From contig JAJYLR010000001.1 in assembly GCA_021787535.1 (NCBI GenBank), forward strand, positions 19,648 through 83,647: a stretch of 64,000 nt of DNA. The letters are read 5' to 3'. A program made the position numbers and the translations under genes. The number at the start of each line of letters is the position of its first letter. Position 1 is the first letter of the stretch. Positions 9,804 through 20,030 of the stretch are shown piece by piece. The stretch comes from a bacterium. GTDB lineage: Bacteria; Patescibacteriota; CPR2; UBA1875; JAJYID01. The notes under the pieces are model-generated. The model was not told the DNA's origin, made no database searches, and was given only the letters and a program-made list of their open reading frames with translations.

Positions 9804-11603
9804 ATGAACAAACAAACTAAAACAAAACCGAGAAGGAAAATGCCGACGGCGCATGATATTGCTATTAAACAAAAAAATATCAAGACAAAAAACGAGAGTG
9901 TCATGCAAAGCTCTCACCAGACAACAACAGGAAAGGGAGTTTTGAAGATCATCCCTCTCGGCGGTGTCGGCGAGATCGGTAAAAACTTGACTGTCTATGA
10001 ATACGACAATGACATTATCATCGTCGATATGGGTTTTATCTTCCCTGACAGCGATATGCTGGGAGTGGATTATCTGATTCCTGACGTTTCCTATTTGCAA
10101 GACAAAAAGGATAAAATCAGAGGTGTTTTAATCACTCACGGACACGAAGATCATATCGGAGGCATTCCCTATATTATGCCTCAGATCAATGCTCCGATTT
10201 ATGCTCCGAAGCTGACCTGCGGGCTGATTGAAGCAAAGCTGGAAGAGCATCCTCAGGCACGAGGGGTAAAGCTTAACGTCATCGATCCGGATAAGGACAA
10301 GATCAAGCTTGGTGCCTTTGAAATAGAATGGTTCAGAGTAGCTCACTCGATTCCGGATGCCGTTGGAATTGTACTAAAAACTCCGACTACCGGCCGAGTT
10401 ATCTATACCGGAGACTTTCGTTTTGACCATTCTCCGGTGGACGGGCGCAAGACTGATATTGCCAAGCTTTCCAAGTTTGGCGACGAAGGTGTGCTTGCCC
10501 TTCTTTCAGACAGTACAAATGCCGAGGTACCCGGCTTTTCTATCAGTGAGAAAACTATAGCCGGCACATTTGACAGTATCTTTGAAAAAGCTGAAGGACG
10601 TATCATTATCGCCTCGTTTGCTTCTCAGATTAATAGAATTCAAATGGTGATAAACGCCACTCAGAAACATAACCGAAAAATTGCCTTTTCCGGCAGGAGT
10701 CTGCTTCGAAACATCGAAGTGGCGGTTCGGCTGGGATATTTAAAAATTCCGCAAGGGCTGGCTGTAAAAATTCAGGATATCGGCAGTATTCCGGCAAATC
10801 GTATCGTAGTCATGAGTACTGGATCGCAAGGAGAAGCAATGTCGGCGCTATCTCGAATGGCTAGGGGCGAGCACAAACAGGTAAAGATCGGGAAAGGCGA
10901 TACTGTTGTCTATTCATCCTCGCCTATTCCCGGGAATGAATCTGCTATCACCGCTGTTGTCGACGACCTTTTCAGGCGGGGCGCCGAGGTGGTTTTTGAT
11001 GAGAAAAACGGATCGCGCACTCATGTATCGGGACATCCGGGACAGGAGGAGCTGAAACTAATGATGGAACTAGTCAGACCAAAATATTTGGTGCCTTGGC
11101 ACGGCGAGGTTCATCATCTAGTTCATCATGCTCAGTTGGCGCAAGAGGTCGGTATTCCTAAAGAAAATACTCCAATTCTTGATATCGGCGATGTTCTGGA
11201 AGTGACGAAAGACAGAGTAGTGAAAACTGACAGAAGGGTTCAGAATGGCGTTGTCTTGGTTGACGGTCTCGGTATTGGCGACGTCGGGGAAATAGTTCTT
11301 CGCGACCGTAAAGTAATGGCGACGGAAGGCATGTTTGTGGTTATCTGTACGGTTGATAAAAAAACCGGCCGGCTTTTGACTTCTCCGGACATTATTTCCC
11401 GTGGCTTCATCTATATGCGGGAAAACGAGCAGCTGGTCAATAACGCTCGCAATGAAGTCAAGAAAATGATGGTAAGAAGAGATGGCGAACCTTTGCCTGA
11501 CTGGCCGAAAATGAAGCTGAAAATCCGCGACCATGTCAGCAGCTATCTCTACAGCCATACCAAAAGAAGCCCGATGGTGATATCGGTGATTATTGAAGTG
11601 TAG
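9804..11603 (+). CDS. rnj: Ribonuclease J
   Basis: PLGGVGEIGKN, HGHEDHIG, HSIPD, GSQGE and HVSGH motifs. Confidence 0.97.
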   Translation: MNKQTKTKPRRKMPTAHDIAIKQKNIKTKNESVMQSSHQTTTGKGVLKIIPLGGVGEIGKNLTVYEYDNDIIIVDMGFIFPDSDMLGVDYLIPDVSYLQDKKDKIRGVLITHGHEDHIGGIPYIMPQINAPIYAPKLTCGLIEAKLEEHPQARGVKLNVIDPDKDKIKLGAFEIEWFRVAHSIPDAVGIVLKTPTTGRVIYTGDFRFDHSPVDGRKTDIAKLSKFGDEGVLALLSDSTNAEVPGFSISEKTIAGTFDSIFEKAEGRIIIASFASQINRIQMVINATQKHNRKIAFSGRSLLRNIEVAVRLGYLKIPQGLAVKIQDIGSIPANRIVVMSTGSQGEAMSALSRMARGEHKQVKIGKGDTVVYSSSPIPGNESAITAVVDDLFRRGAEVVFDEKNGSRTHVSGHPGQEELKLMMELVRPKYLVPWHGEVHHLVHHAQLAQEVGIPKENTPILDIGDVLEVTKDRVVKTDRRVQNGVVLVDGLGIGDVGEIVLRDRKVMATEGMFVVICTVDKKTGRLLTSPDIISRGFIYMRENEQLVNNARNEVKKMMVRRDGEPLPDWPKMKLKIRDHVSSYLYSHTKRSPMVISVIIEV

Positions 11604-11772
11604 GTTGTAATAGCGGCTAAGCGGTGACTCATTGTGGTTTATGGCTGCTTATTGTTTTACGATTAGCACCTATAAGTCACTTAGTCACGACCAGTCACTT
11701 TTCGTTCTGATATATTTACATTCTCAAACACTCTACTTTGGTTTATAATTAAACTGAGTTAATGAGGAAACT

Positions 11773-13863
11773 ATGGCTAGGAAAAGAAAACCGGGCAGGC
11801 CTAAGGGCTCAACTAATAAGAAAAAACAAGCGGAAATATCGGCACTTGATCCCAAACTAGTCGGGGAAATAGTTGCTGTCGGACTTTTTATTTTAGCCGT
11901 GATTCTTCTGGCTGGCGCTTTCAACTTTGGCGGAAGTTGGGCGATTAAAATCTTCTCTGATTTTAAAACCGTTATCGGTTTTGTGACGTATCTTGCGCCA
12001 TTTATTTTAGTCGGGATCGGCTATTGCCTTTTCTTTCCGGAAAGGTTTCCGGTTACAAAAATTTCTCTCTCAGGATTAACAGTGGTCATTTTATCTCTCT
12101 CAGGAATGTCGCAAATTATCTTCAGCTCTTGGAGGCAGCCGGAAGGCGGGGGTATGCTCGGGTCGCTGCTTGCCACTCAGATTTCAAAGTTTTTTAACGC
12201 TCCTATTTCATTTCTTATCTTTACCGCTGCTTTAATTATAGGTTTCATGCTGGCAACAGGCATTACTATCATGGATATTTTTTCCTTATTTAAGCCGAAG
12301 GAAGACGAGGAAGGCGGCAAGAAACCGAAAGAAGATATTAAAATTCATGAAGGTGTGGCTGTAGGCAAAGATACGTTGAGCAAGATCAGAAAACCGGAAC
12401 CGCAGAAGGAGCCAGAAACCGTCATGATGGTCGGTGAAGATTCGAACTGGAAACTTCCCTCAGTTGATTTGCTGGAGGATACTGTTACAAAAGCAGATAG
12501 CGGAAACGTAAAGCAAAATGCAGCGGTTATTCAGGAAACTTTAGGCAAGTTCAACATCGATGTTGCGATGCGCGACGTCAATGTCGGCCCGACAGTAACC
12601 CAATATACCTTAAAGCCGTCCGACGGCGTGAAGCTTTCAAAAATCACAAACCTTGACCGAGATTTGGCTCTGGCTTTGGCTGCCCACCCGATCCGAATCG
12701 AGGCGCCGATTCCCGGAAAATCTCTTGTGGGAGTGGAAATTCCGAACAAAAAAACAGCCACGGTTCGGCTAAAAAATATTTTAACAAGCGAAACATTTAA
12801 AAATCGCAGATCGCAGCTCTCGTCCGTACTCGGGCTCGATGTTTCCGGTCATCCTCAGATTGCCGATATTACCAGGATGCCTCATCTACTCATCGCCGGT
12901 TCCACCGGTTCCGGCAAATCGGTTTGCATTAACTCTCTTCTTTTGAGTCTTCTGTATCAGAATTCGCCGAACCAACTGAAACTTATCTTAGTTGATCCGA
13001 AGAGAGTGGAACTCTCTTTATATAATGATCTGCCCCACCTGCTGGCGCCGGTCATTGTGGAACCGGAAAAGACAGTTTCGGCGCTCAAGTGGGCTATCAT
13101 CGAAATGGAAAGGCGTTATCAGCTTCTCCAAGGCGCAGGTAAAAGGAATATTGCCGATTACAATGCCATTAAAGGCAAAGAAGGTATGCCTTACATCGTG
13201 ATTATGATCGACGAACTCGCAGATATTATGGCAGTGGCTTCGAAAGAAGTGGAGGGTTTGATTTGCCGTTTGGCTCAAATGGCCAGAGCGGTCGGCATCC
13301 ATTTAGTTTTGGCGACGCAGCGGCCGAGCGTAGATGTTATTACCGGTCTTATCAAAGCAAATATTACAACTCGTATTGCCTTTTCTGTGGCATCGCTAGT
13401 CGACTCCAGAACGATCCTTGATCAAGCGGGAGCCGAGAAATTGCTCGGAAACGGCGATATGCTTTTCGTTTCAGCAGAATTTTCAAAGCCAAAAAGAATT
13501 CAAGGAACATTTATTTCAGAAAAAGAGGTGAAAGCGGTTACTGATTTTGTGAAAAGCGAGGCATCGCCTGAATATAATAAAGAAGTGCTTGAGCAAAAGG
13601 TCGGAGGTACAAAAGGCGGCGACTTTGATGTGCCTGATGATGACCTTTTTCTTGATGCCGTTGACTGTGTAATTCGCTCAAACAAAGCGTCATCATCACT
13701 TTTGCAAAGGCGGCTCAGGATCGGTTATGCTCGCGCAGCCAGATTGCTTGATCTTTTAGAAGAAAAAGGCGTGGTTGGCCCTCCGGACGGATCAAGGCCC
13801 AGGGATGTCTTGATCTCCGATATTTCTGAAATTATTGATGAGAAAGAGGAAGTTGAGAGCTAA
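11773..13863 (+). CDS. ftsK: DNA translocase FtsK/SpoIIIE
   Basis: N-terminal TM helices, GSTGSGKS, LATQRPSVDVITG and gamma domain LQRRLRIGYARAAR. Confidence 0.97.
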   Translation: MARKRKPGRPKGSTNKKKQAEISALDPKLVGEIVAVGLFILAVILLAGAFNFGGSWAIKIFSDFKTVIGFVTYLAPFILVGIGYCLFFPERFPVTKISLSGLTVVILSLSGMSQIIFSSWRQPEGGGMLGSLLATQISKFFNAPISFLIFTAALIIGFMLATGITIMDIFSLFKPKEDEEGGKKPKEDIKIHEGVAVGKDTLSKIRKPEPQKEPETVMMVGEDSNWKLPSVDLLEDTVTKADSGNVKQNAAVIQETLGKFNIDVAMRDVNVGPTVTQYTLKPSDGVKLSKITNLDRDLALALAAHPIRIEAPIPGKSLVGVEIPNKKTATVRLKNILTSETFKNRRSQLSSVLGLDVSGHPQIADITRMPHLLIAGSTGSGKSVCINSLLLSLLYQNSPNQLKLILVDPKRVELSLYNDLPHLLAPVIVEPEKTVSALKWAIIEMERRYQLLQGAGKRNIADYNAIKGKEGMPYIVIMIDELADIMAVASKEVEGLICRLAQMARAVGIHLVLATQRPSVDVITGLIKANITTRIAFSVASLVDSRTILDQAGAEKLLGNGDMLFVSAEFSKPKRIQGTFISEKEVKAVTDFVKSEASPEYNKEVLEQKVGGTKGGDFDVPDDDLFLDAVDCVIRSNKASSSLLQRRLRIGYARAARLLDLLEEKGVVGPPDGSRPRDVLISDISEIIDEKEEVES

Positions 13864-14825
13864 TGACACCGGCAAAATTTATCAGAACGACAATCTCAGA
13901 GCGGGAAGCTTTGGGGGAAAAACTGGCCAAAAAGAGAAATTCTCTTCATTTGGATATTAAAGACGTGGAAAAGCAAACGAAGATTCCGGCCCGGCATGTT
14001 AAAAATATCGAAGAAGGCAACTTCTCCAAACTGCCGCCCGATGTGTATACCCGTGGTTTTGTAAGAACTTATGCTTCATTTTTAGGGTTAAATACCAAGA
14101 AAATTTTAACTTCTTACGATAAAGAAAGAGGGTTAGAGAAAAAACTCAAAATGAAGGATAAGCCCTCGCCTCAGCCCAAATCAACACTGAAAACCCCAAA
14201 GATGGTCATTACCCCTAAAAAATTAATTGTTTTGGGATCGTCTCTAGCTGTACTTTTAGTTCTTTTCTTTATCGGCTGGCAAATCAAAATTTTGACAGCG
14301 CCGCCGGTTTTGAATGTTACCAGTCCGGCTGACAATTCAAATGTAACAGAAGATTATATTTATGTTGCCGGACAAACCGATCGCGATGCTGATCTCTATA
14401 TTAATGATGTCAAAGTCGGTACCGATGACGCTGGAACATTTAAAGAGAGGGTGAGCTTACAGGATGGTGTCAATATTATTGACATTAAAGCAAAAAATAA
14501 GCTAGATAAAGAAACAGTTGTGGAACGCAAAATCTCAGCAGCTTTGCCTCTCACAACTGCAACAGTTGATAGAACTATTTATCCTTTAGAGGTGAAAGTT
14601 GTGATAGGTCCTCATCCGGCTAATGTTGATATTGTGCGCGACGGTGAAAAACTGAATGTTTCCGGAGTAATGCTGGCCGGCTCAACTCAAGTTTTTTATG
14701 CCAAAAACAATATTGTTTTAAGCACAAACAACGCCGGCAGTACTAAAGTTATTTTAAACGGCAAAGATCTGGGGCCTTTAGGCCAGGAGGGGCAAACAAT
14801 AAAAGATAAAAAGTTTTCACAGTGA
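13863..14825 (+). CDS. RodZ-like HTH membrane protein (HTH, TM, Ig-like, DUF4115-like)
   Basis: IEEGNFSKLPPDVYTRGFVRTYASFLGL HTH; single TM; NAG..NGK C-terminal motif. Confidence 0.8.
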   Translation: MTPAKFIRTTISEREALGEKLAKKRNSLHLDIKDVEKQTKIPARHVKNIEEGNFSKLPPDVYTRGFVRTYASFLGLNTKKILTSYDKERGLEKKLKMKDKPSPQPKSTLKTPKMVITPKKLIVLGSSLAVLLVLFFIGWQIKILTAPPVLNVTSPADNSNVTEDYIYVAGQTDRDADLYINDVKVGTDDAGTFKERVSLQDGVNIIDIKAKNKLDKETVVERKISAALPLTTATVDRTIYPLEVKVVIGPHPANVDIVRDGEKLNVSGVMLAGSTQVFYAKNNIVLSTNNAGSTKVILNGKDLGPLGQEGQTIKDKKFSQ

Positions 14826-14909
14826 ACTTTTGTCCTAAATGACTAATTCCAAAATTCATATTCCCATTCAATGATTCAAAATACTAAATTCTAAATTCAA
14901 GGAGTTTTT

Positions 14910-15413
14910 ATGGCAAAAGATTTTTCATTCGATATTGAAAGCGATTTCGACATGATGGAAATGACGAATGCGCTTGACCAGACTAAGCGGGAGATTGCCC
15001 AGCGTTATGATTTCAAAGGGACAAACTCTTCTATTGAATTCGATGATGATAAAAAGGGATTAGTTTTGCTTGGCGACAGTGATTACAAAGTTGATGCCAT
15101 GATAGACATTATCGAGTCCAAGATGGTGAAGCGAAATCTTTCATTAAAGATATTAGATAAATCCAGCCCGAAAGAATATGCTTCAGGTGACAGGGTTCGC
15201 CAGAAAATCGCGTTTAAAAAGGGTATGGACTCAGAATATGCCAAGAAGATTTCAAAAGCTATACGTGATCAATATCCTAAAGTTAAGACGCAAATTCAGG
15301 GCGATACGATTCGGGTTTCTTCCGGTTCAAAAGATGATCTGCAGGGTGTAATGCAGCTTCTCCGTTCTCAAGAATCTATAGATATCCCGCTTCAATTTAC
15401 AAATTACAGATAA
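14910..15413 (+). CDS. yajQ: YajQ family nucleotide-binding protein
   Basis: SFDI, RYDFKG, QIQGD.IRVS..SKDDLQ and LQFTNYR motifs. Confidence 0.95.
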   Translation: MAKDFSFDIESDFDMMEMTNALDQTKREIAQRYDFKGTNSSIEFDDDKKGLVLLGDSDYKVDAMIDIIESKMVKRNLSLKILDKSSPKEYASGDRVRQKIAFKKGMDSEYAKKISKAIRDQYPKVKTQIQGDTIRVSSGSKDDLQGVMQLLRSQESIDIPLQFTNYR

Positions 15414-15460
15414 GAAAACCCCCGTACGCGAGGGCTTTCTGCTGTTGGAGAAGCATCTTT

Positions 15461-15871
15461 CTATTCAATTGATAGGTGGAGTTTTATGGGCAGGCCTTTT
15501 AGGTGAGATTCATTTAAGGCATGTTCTGCCTCTTCTTTTGAAATGGCAACATCGATGATGAAAGCTTCTTCCTCGGCCTCTTTTTGCCCTTCGTAACATT
15601 CATCAAGCGGTTTGTTGAGCTTTGGAGTGTAGGACTTATTCGTACGCCTGACACTCATACTGCTTTTCTTCAGATGACCGCTGTTGACCAGTGATGAGAT
15701 GCGAGTACTCACCTTATTTTCTGCTATCAGGTAAGGCTTGCCGGTAAGAATATCATGCAAGTTATCGAGGCCTATTGCACCGCCATTTATCTCTACAGCA
15801 TGGATGACTTTGCCGGCATCTGAAGCCAGACATTCGGGACTTATCTCTGTAATGTTTATTATGTCGGCCAT
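15461..15871 (-). CDS. Hypothetical protein
   Basis: 136-aa ORF with GGAGG RBS. Confidence 0.55.
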   Translation of the reverse strand: MADIINITEISPECLASDAGKVIHAVEINGGAIGLDNLHDILTGKPYLIAENKVSTRISSLVNSGHLKKSSMSVRRTNKSYTPKLNKPLDECYEGQKEAEEEAFIIDVAISKEEAEHALNESHLKGLPIKLHLSIE

Positions 15872-16067
15872 TTTGCCTCCGTTTCTTGGCTACTCCAACA
15901 TATAGGTTCGCCCTTCTTGAGAATAGAATTCTAGCACAACAAGATTAGAGAGTCTTTGGGCAAGCGCACAAATAGTCATCGTTTAATATTGCAAAATATT
16001 CATATTTAGTATATAATCAAATATTCCGTTTGGAATATTTTCTAAAAATCCATTCTCGAAGAAAGGG

Positions 16068-17045
16068 ATGAAGATGCACCAGATACAAATAGGGGTCGAT
16101 GCAGACGGGGGCGACAAAGGTTCAGCGATTGTTGCTGAAGGGATTAGTTTAGCCCTAAGTGAACTGCCTAGCGTTAAGATTATAGCTTTCTCAAAGGATG
16201 ATTTATCTGACTTAGTGGATAAACATTCAGGACAGGTCAGCCAAGTATTAGCACGTGATATTGTGGCAATGACAGATCCTCCTGCCGCTGTCAGAAAAAA
16301 GCCCTACTCTTCGATTACCTTGGCTTGTAAGAGCCAGGAAGTCGACGCAGTGTTCTCTATTGGAAACACCGGTGCGGCGATGTTTGCCGCCAGTACCATT
16401 ATCAAGCGGATTAAAGGAGTTGACAGAGCTGCTCTGGCTACGGTGATTCCGGGACTTAGGGCTTCAGTACTTCTTGACGTAGGAGCAAATGTGGAGTGCA
16501 AGCCGTCATATTTCCCGCAGTTTGCCGCGATGGGCGCTGCCTACGCCGAGATAGTGCTCGGGCGAGAAAATCCGACGATTGGCCTTCTAAACATCGGTGA
16601 AGAAGAAGCCAAAGGCAATGAGTTTATCAAGGAAGTGTATAAACTCATGCAGGATGTGCCTTGTTTTACCGGCAATGTTCAAGGCGGAGATGTTCCGAAA
16701 GGGACTACCGATGTTACTATCGCTGACGGTTTTATCGGCAATGTTGAGCTGAAGGCAATGGAAGGGTCCTCTGAGGCAGTTATAGAAATGATCCGCCGTG
16801 ATGCAGCTTCTTCATTTTTTGCCAAACTCTGTTATTTGCCTGTTGCTTGGCGTCTCAAGAGGATTGGAAAAGGCATTAGCCGCCAGCTTTATGGCGGAGC
16901 GCCGCTCCTCGGAGTTAGAAAGCCGTTCTTGATCGGCCATGGTAGCTCTACTGCGCTTGCTGTGGCCAATGGCATCAGGATCGCCGCCGAATGCGTTCGG
17001 CATGATCTGTCCCTGCAAATTGAAAAAAGGCTGCCTTCTTCCTGA
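16068..17045 (+). CDS. plsX: Phosphate acyltransferase PlsX
   Basis: VDADGGD, SIGNTGA, LLDVGAN, LLNIGEEEAKG, DGFIGNVELK, GGAPLLG and GHGSS motifs. Confidence 0.95.
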   Translation: MKMHQIQIGVDADGGDKGSAIVAEGISLALSELPSVKIIAFSKDDLSDLVDKHSGQVSQVLARDIVAMTDPPAAVRKKPYSSITLACKSQEVDAVFSIGNTGAAMFAASTIIKRIKGVDRAALATVIPGLRASVLLDVGANVECKPSYFPQFAAMGAAYAEIVLGRENPTIGLLNIGEEEAKGNEFIKEVYKLMQDVPCFTGNVQGGDVPKGTTDVTIADGFIGNVELKAMEGSSEAVIEMIRRDAASSFFAKLCYLPVAWRLKRIGKGISRQLYGGAPLLGVRKPFLIGHGSSTALAVANGIRIAAECVRHDLSLQIEKRLPSS

Positions 17046-17119
17046 AGGCAGCCCTCTCTTTATAACTATAAATTTCTATCAAATAAAAAATCCCCTTGTC
17101 GGGGAATTTTTTATTTCAA

Positions 17120-17182
17120 TTATCTTGCGATAACCGCATAGGTAAAGCCGAAGGCAAGTACCCACAAAACTATTGTCAACAT
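17120..17182 (-). CDS. Unannotated 20-aa single-helix membrane peptide
   Basis: MLTIVLWVLAFGFTYAVIAR* with GAGAGG RBS and its own TTGACA-17bp-TATCCT promoter (17242-17214). Confidence 0.5.
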   Translation of the reverse strand: MLTIVLWVLAFGFTYAVIAR

Positions 17183-17287
17183 CAACATCCTCTCTTTTAT
17201 GACGACAAACATAAGGATACTCCTCAAGCTGTCCACTGTCAAGGACTTTTTGTCAGGTTTCACTTCAAGTAAATTCAGCTGGAGTTT

Positions 17288-18286
17288 TTAGTCCCTAGCA
17301 TTAGTGATGAGAGCCGGCGATTGAGCGATTTTTTCCTGTTCAACCTCGAGATAGATTTCCTTTACCTCAGGACAAATATTTCTAATTTCAGATTCAAGCT
17401 GGTCGGTAAGCGCACCTATCTTATGCACCACCTGCTCGGTATACTCTTTTCGATCGCTTGAAGGATCTCTGCCGATGTTTTCATAAATAAACTCTTCCTT
17501 GAATTCAACATCAGACACTACCACGATATGTTTCGGTCCGAAAATGATGGTTCTTAGATCATGATATTTTTCTATGGCAGGATGGTTTTGAAAAATCTCT
17601 TCAATTTTCCGGTTAGTTGCCAAATGGGATTGGTCAGTCAGCAAGTCTTTATTCTTATTTGCCAGGAATATTGCCACAAAACCGAGCAAGATACCGATGG
17701 CGATTGATGCCAAGCCGTCAAAAACAGAGGTGTGAAAAAAGGATGAGAGTAAAATTCCTAAGGCGGCTATAGCAAGTCCGGTAACGGCGGCGGAATCCTC
17801 GAAAAAGACAGTAATCACGGCGGTTTCAGAGGAACTGTCGAGAAATTTTATCAGCTTGGCTTTACCCTTTGTTTTATGCAAGAACCGGTAAGTTACAAGC
17901 AAGGTATATCCCTCGATCAGAATTGACAGTAGAATCACCAAAAGCGGCCATTCAATGTGCGTAACCTTTTCCGGGTGAAGTATCACGCTTAAGCCTTTTT
18001 GTATCGACAACACGCAGCCAACGATTAATATTCCAAAAGCCGCTATCAAACTCCAGAAAAATCTTTCCTTCCCGAATCCAAACTGATGCTCTTTATCAGC
18101 GGGGCGACTGGCTCTTTTGATGCCGAAAAGCAAGAAAAGCTGATTTGCAGTGTCAGCAATAGAATGCAATCCCTCGGAAAACATGACTGCTGAGCCCGAT
18201 ATGGCGGCAACGGCAAACTTTGATATGGCAACAAGTAGGTTGCCGAAGAAAGCAAAGATAATTTGTTTGGCGCTATGGTCTTCCAT
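17288..18286 (-). CDS. Cation diffusion facilitator family transporter
   Basis: EGLHSIADT, HQFGFGKERFFW and FFEDSAAV motifs; 6 TM segments. Confidence 0.93.
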   Translation of the reverse strand: MEDHSAKQIIFAFFGNLLVAISKFAVAAISGSAVMFSEGLHSIADTANQLFLLFGIKRASRPADKEHQFGFGKERFFWSLIAAFGILIVGCVLSIQKGLSVILHPEKVTHIEWPLLVILLSILIEGYTLLVTYRFLHKTKGKAKLIKFLDSSSETAVITVFFEDSAAVTGLAIAALGILLSSFFHTSVFDGLASIAIGILLGFVAIFLANKNKDLLTDQSHLATNRKIEEIFQNHPAIEKYHDLRTIIFGPKHIVVVSDVEFKEEFIYENIGRDPSSDRKEYTEQVVHKIGALTDQLESEIRNICPEVKEIYLEVEQEKIAQSPALITNARD

Positions 18287-18328
18287 AATTTTTTTTAAAA
18301 TGTGTAATCTTTTCTTACATAGAGAGCA

Positions 18329-18847
18329 TTAATGAATTTGTGCTGATACTTTTTTACCTGATTTTACCCGCCCACTTCTTACTGTAATCTTATCTTTTTC
18401 GATCTTTACAATATCGCTCTCGGGAATCATAAGGTCGCGGGTTAAAATTTTTAAGAATCCGGACGAGGTGAGATATATCCTTTCCAGGCGCATAACTTTC
18501 AGATTGACGCTGTAATCTCTGACAGTTCCTAAGTTTCTGCCATCTTCATCTATAACTTTCGACCCTAAGATAAAGATTTCCTTATCCAGAATTTCCTTGA
18601 TTCTTACAATCTCATCCTGTTCTCCCAGACTGCCGGCGCTATCAATCATAATGAAGCCGGCGCCAATTCCTTGAATAGCAGAAACACTAGCTGCCATTTT
18701 ACCCTTTCTACCCGGCACTCGGGCAAGAATTCCTGCAACTTTACCGGTGTCCGGATTCAAAATAATATCGTCTAAACTGCCTACGATAGCTTTTTCCTGT
18801 TTAGCAGTGATTAAAACCTTATGAAATTCTGAAGCTAATTTTTGCAT
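18329..18847 (-). CDS. Tandem PRC-barrel protein
   Basis: Two repeats (VGSLDDIILNPDTGKV; VIDEDGRNLGTVRDYSV). Confidence 0.75.
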   Translation of the reverse strand: MQKLASEFHKVLITAKQEKAIVGSLDDIILNPDTGKVAGILARVPGRKGKMAASVSAIQGIGAGFIMIDSAGSLGEQDEIVRIKEILDKEIFILGSKVIDEDGRNLGTVRDYSVNLKVMRLERIYLTSSGFLKILTRDLMIPESDIVKIEKDKITVRSGRVKSGKKVSAQIH

Positions 18848-18855
18848 AATTCAAT

Positions 18856-18884
18856 TTGACTTTTTAAACGCCTTTTGCTATAAT
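18856..18884 (+). promoter_or_regulatory. Promoter of rpsF-ssb-rpsR operon
   Basis: TTGACT-17bp-TATAAT with extended TG. Confidence 0.75.
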
Positions 18885-18914
18885 TTGACGTACATTTAAT
18901 ATTGCTAAAAAGAT

Positions 18915-18975
18915 ATTCTCTTTTTGCTTCGTTCATATGATGCGAAGCCCCTTAGGGGTCCGAGGAAAGGAATTT
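18915..18975 (+). promoter_or_regulatory. Possible S6:S18 autoregulatory leader
   Basis: GCTTCG..CGAAGC and CCCC-TTA-GGGG hairpins beside the RBS; position fits the known rpsF leader, motif match not verified. Confidence 0.3.
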
Positions 18976-18980
18976 TTTTA

Positions 18981-19433
18981 ATGAAAAAATACGAGATTAC
19001 CTACATTATACACCCGGATTTGGAAGGAAGTACAGAAAAGATCACAGAAAAGATCAAAGCGGCTATTGAAAAATCCGGCGGAAAGGTATTAAATGAAGAG
19101 AGCTGGGGCAAAAAGCGGCTTGCTTACCCGATAAGTAAAAATATTTTTGGCATTTACACTTTTTTGGTTGCCGAGATAGATCCTGGCAAAACAAAAGAAC
19201 TCGAACGTACTCTGAGATTGTCTGAAGAAATTATTCGATCTTTGGTTGTTAAAGCGGGAGAAAAAGAAAGCGTTACGCGAAAGGTTCAAGAGAAAAAGAC
19301 TAAAATTGTGAAGGAATCCAAAGAAGCTGAAACAAAACTGGCAGCTAAGAAAGACAAAAAACCAAAGGAAAAGGAAGAAAAAGAAAGACAAAAAGAACTT
19401 GACGAGAAATTAAAGGAAATTATTGGAGAATAA
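18981..19433 (+). CDS. rpsF: 30S ribosomal protein S6 with charged tail (start reassigned to MKKYE)
   Basis: YEITYIIHP and WGKKRLAYPI motifs. Confidence 0.96.
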   Translation: MKKYEITYIIHPDLEGSTEKITEKIKAAIEKSGGKVLNEESWGKKRLAYPISKNIFGIYTFLVAEIDPGKTKELERTLRLSEEIIRSLVVKAGEKESVTRKVQEKKTKIVKESKEAETKLAAKKDKKPKEKEEKERQKELDEKLKEIIGE

Positions 19434-19540
19434 ATTGCAGGAGGTGTAGGAAACGCGGGAAATGTTGGAAATGAGAAAACCGACAATTCCAACAAGCGAG
19501 GCGATTCAACAACTCCAACGCATTAAGAAGGAGATAAGCC

Positions 19541-20020
19541 ATGCAAAATGTAAATTTGGCAATCATAATGGGCAACTTAACGAGAGATCCTGAGCTTAGG
19601 TATACTCCTAACGGCCAGCCCGTAGCGTCCTTTGGCGTAGCTACAAACCGTTCTTGGAAAGATGCGAGCGGCGAGAAGAAAGATGAGGTTGAATTTCACG
19701 AGGTTGTTGTTTGGGGCAAACTAGCTGAGCTTTGCAGCCAGTATCTCACCAAGGGCCGCAAAGTCCACGTTATGGGAAGGTTGCAAACCCGAAGTTGGGA
19801 AGGGCAAGATGGAGCAAAAAGGCAGAAAACTGAAATTGTCGCCCAAGATATTGCCTTTGTAGATTCGAGGCGCGATGCCGATTTCTCCACAGGGGAGCCA
19901 CAAGAAGCAGCCGCGAAAGATGCGCCAAAGAAATCAAAGAAAGATAAAAATGCCGAATCCGTCTCCGCAAAAGCTTCGACGGACGAGGAGGAGATAAATA
20001 TTGATGACATACCATTCTAA
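19541..20020 (+). CDS. ssb: Single-stranded DNA-binding protein
   Basis: GNLTRDPELRYT, GRLQTRSW and C-terminal DDIPF. Confidence 0.98.
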   Translation: MQNVNLAIIMGNLTRDPELRYTPNGQPVASFGVATNRSWKDASGEKKDEVEFHEVVVWGKLAELCSQYLTKGRKVHVMGRLQTRSWEGQDGAKRQKTEIVAQDIAFVDSRRDADFSTGEPQEAAAKDAPKKSKKDKNAESVSAKASTDEEEINIDDIPF

Positions 20021-20030
20021 AGATAAACCG

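Noticed and set aside
88-13685. Numerous short antisense or alternate-frame ORFs inside fabK, pnp, rnj and ftsK (also elsewhere)
   Set aside because: Fully overlapped by well-conserved genes, with no motifs or RBS support
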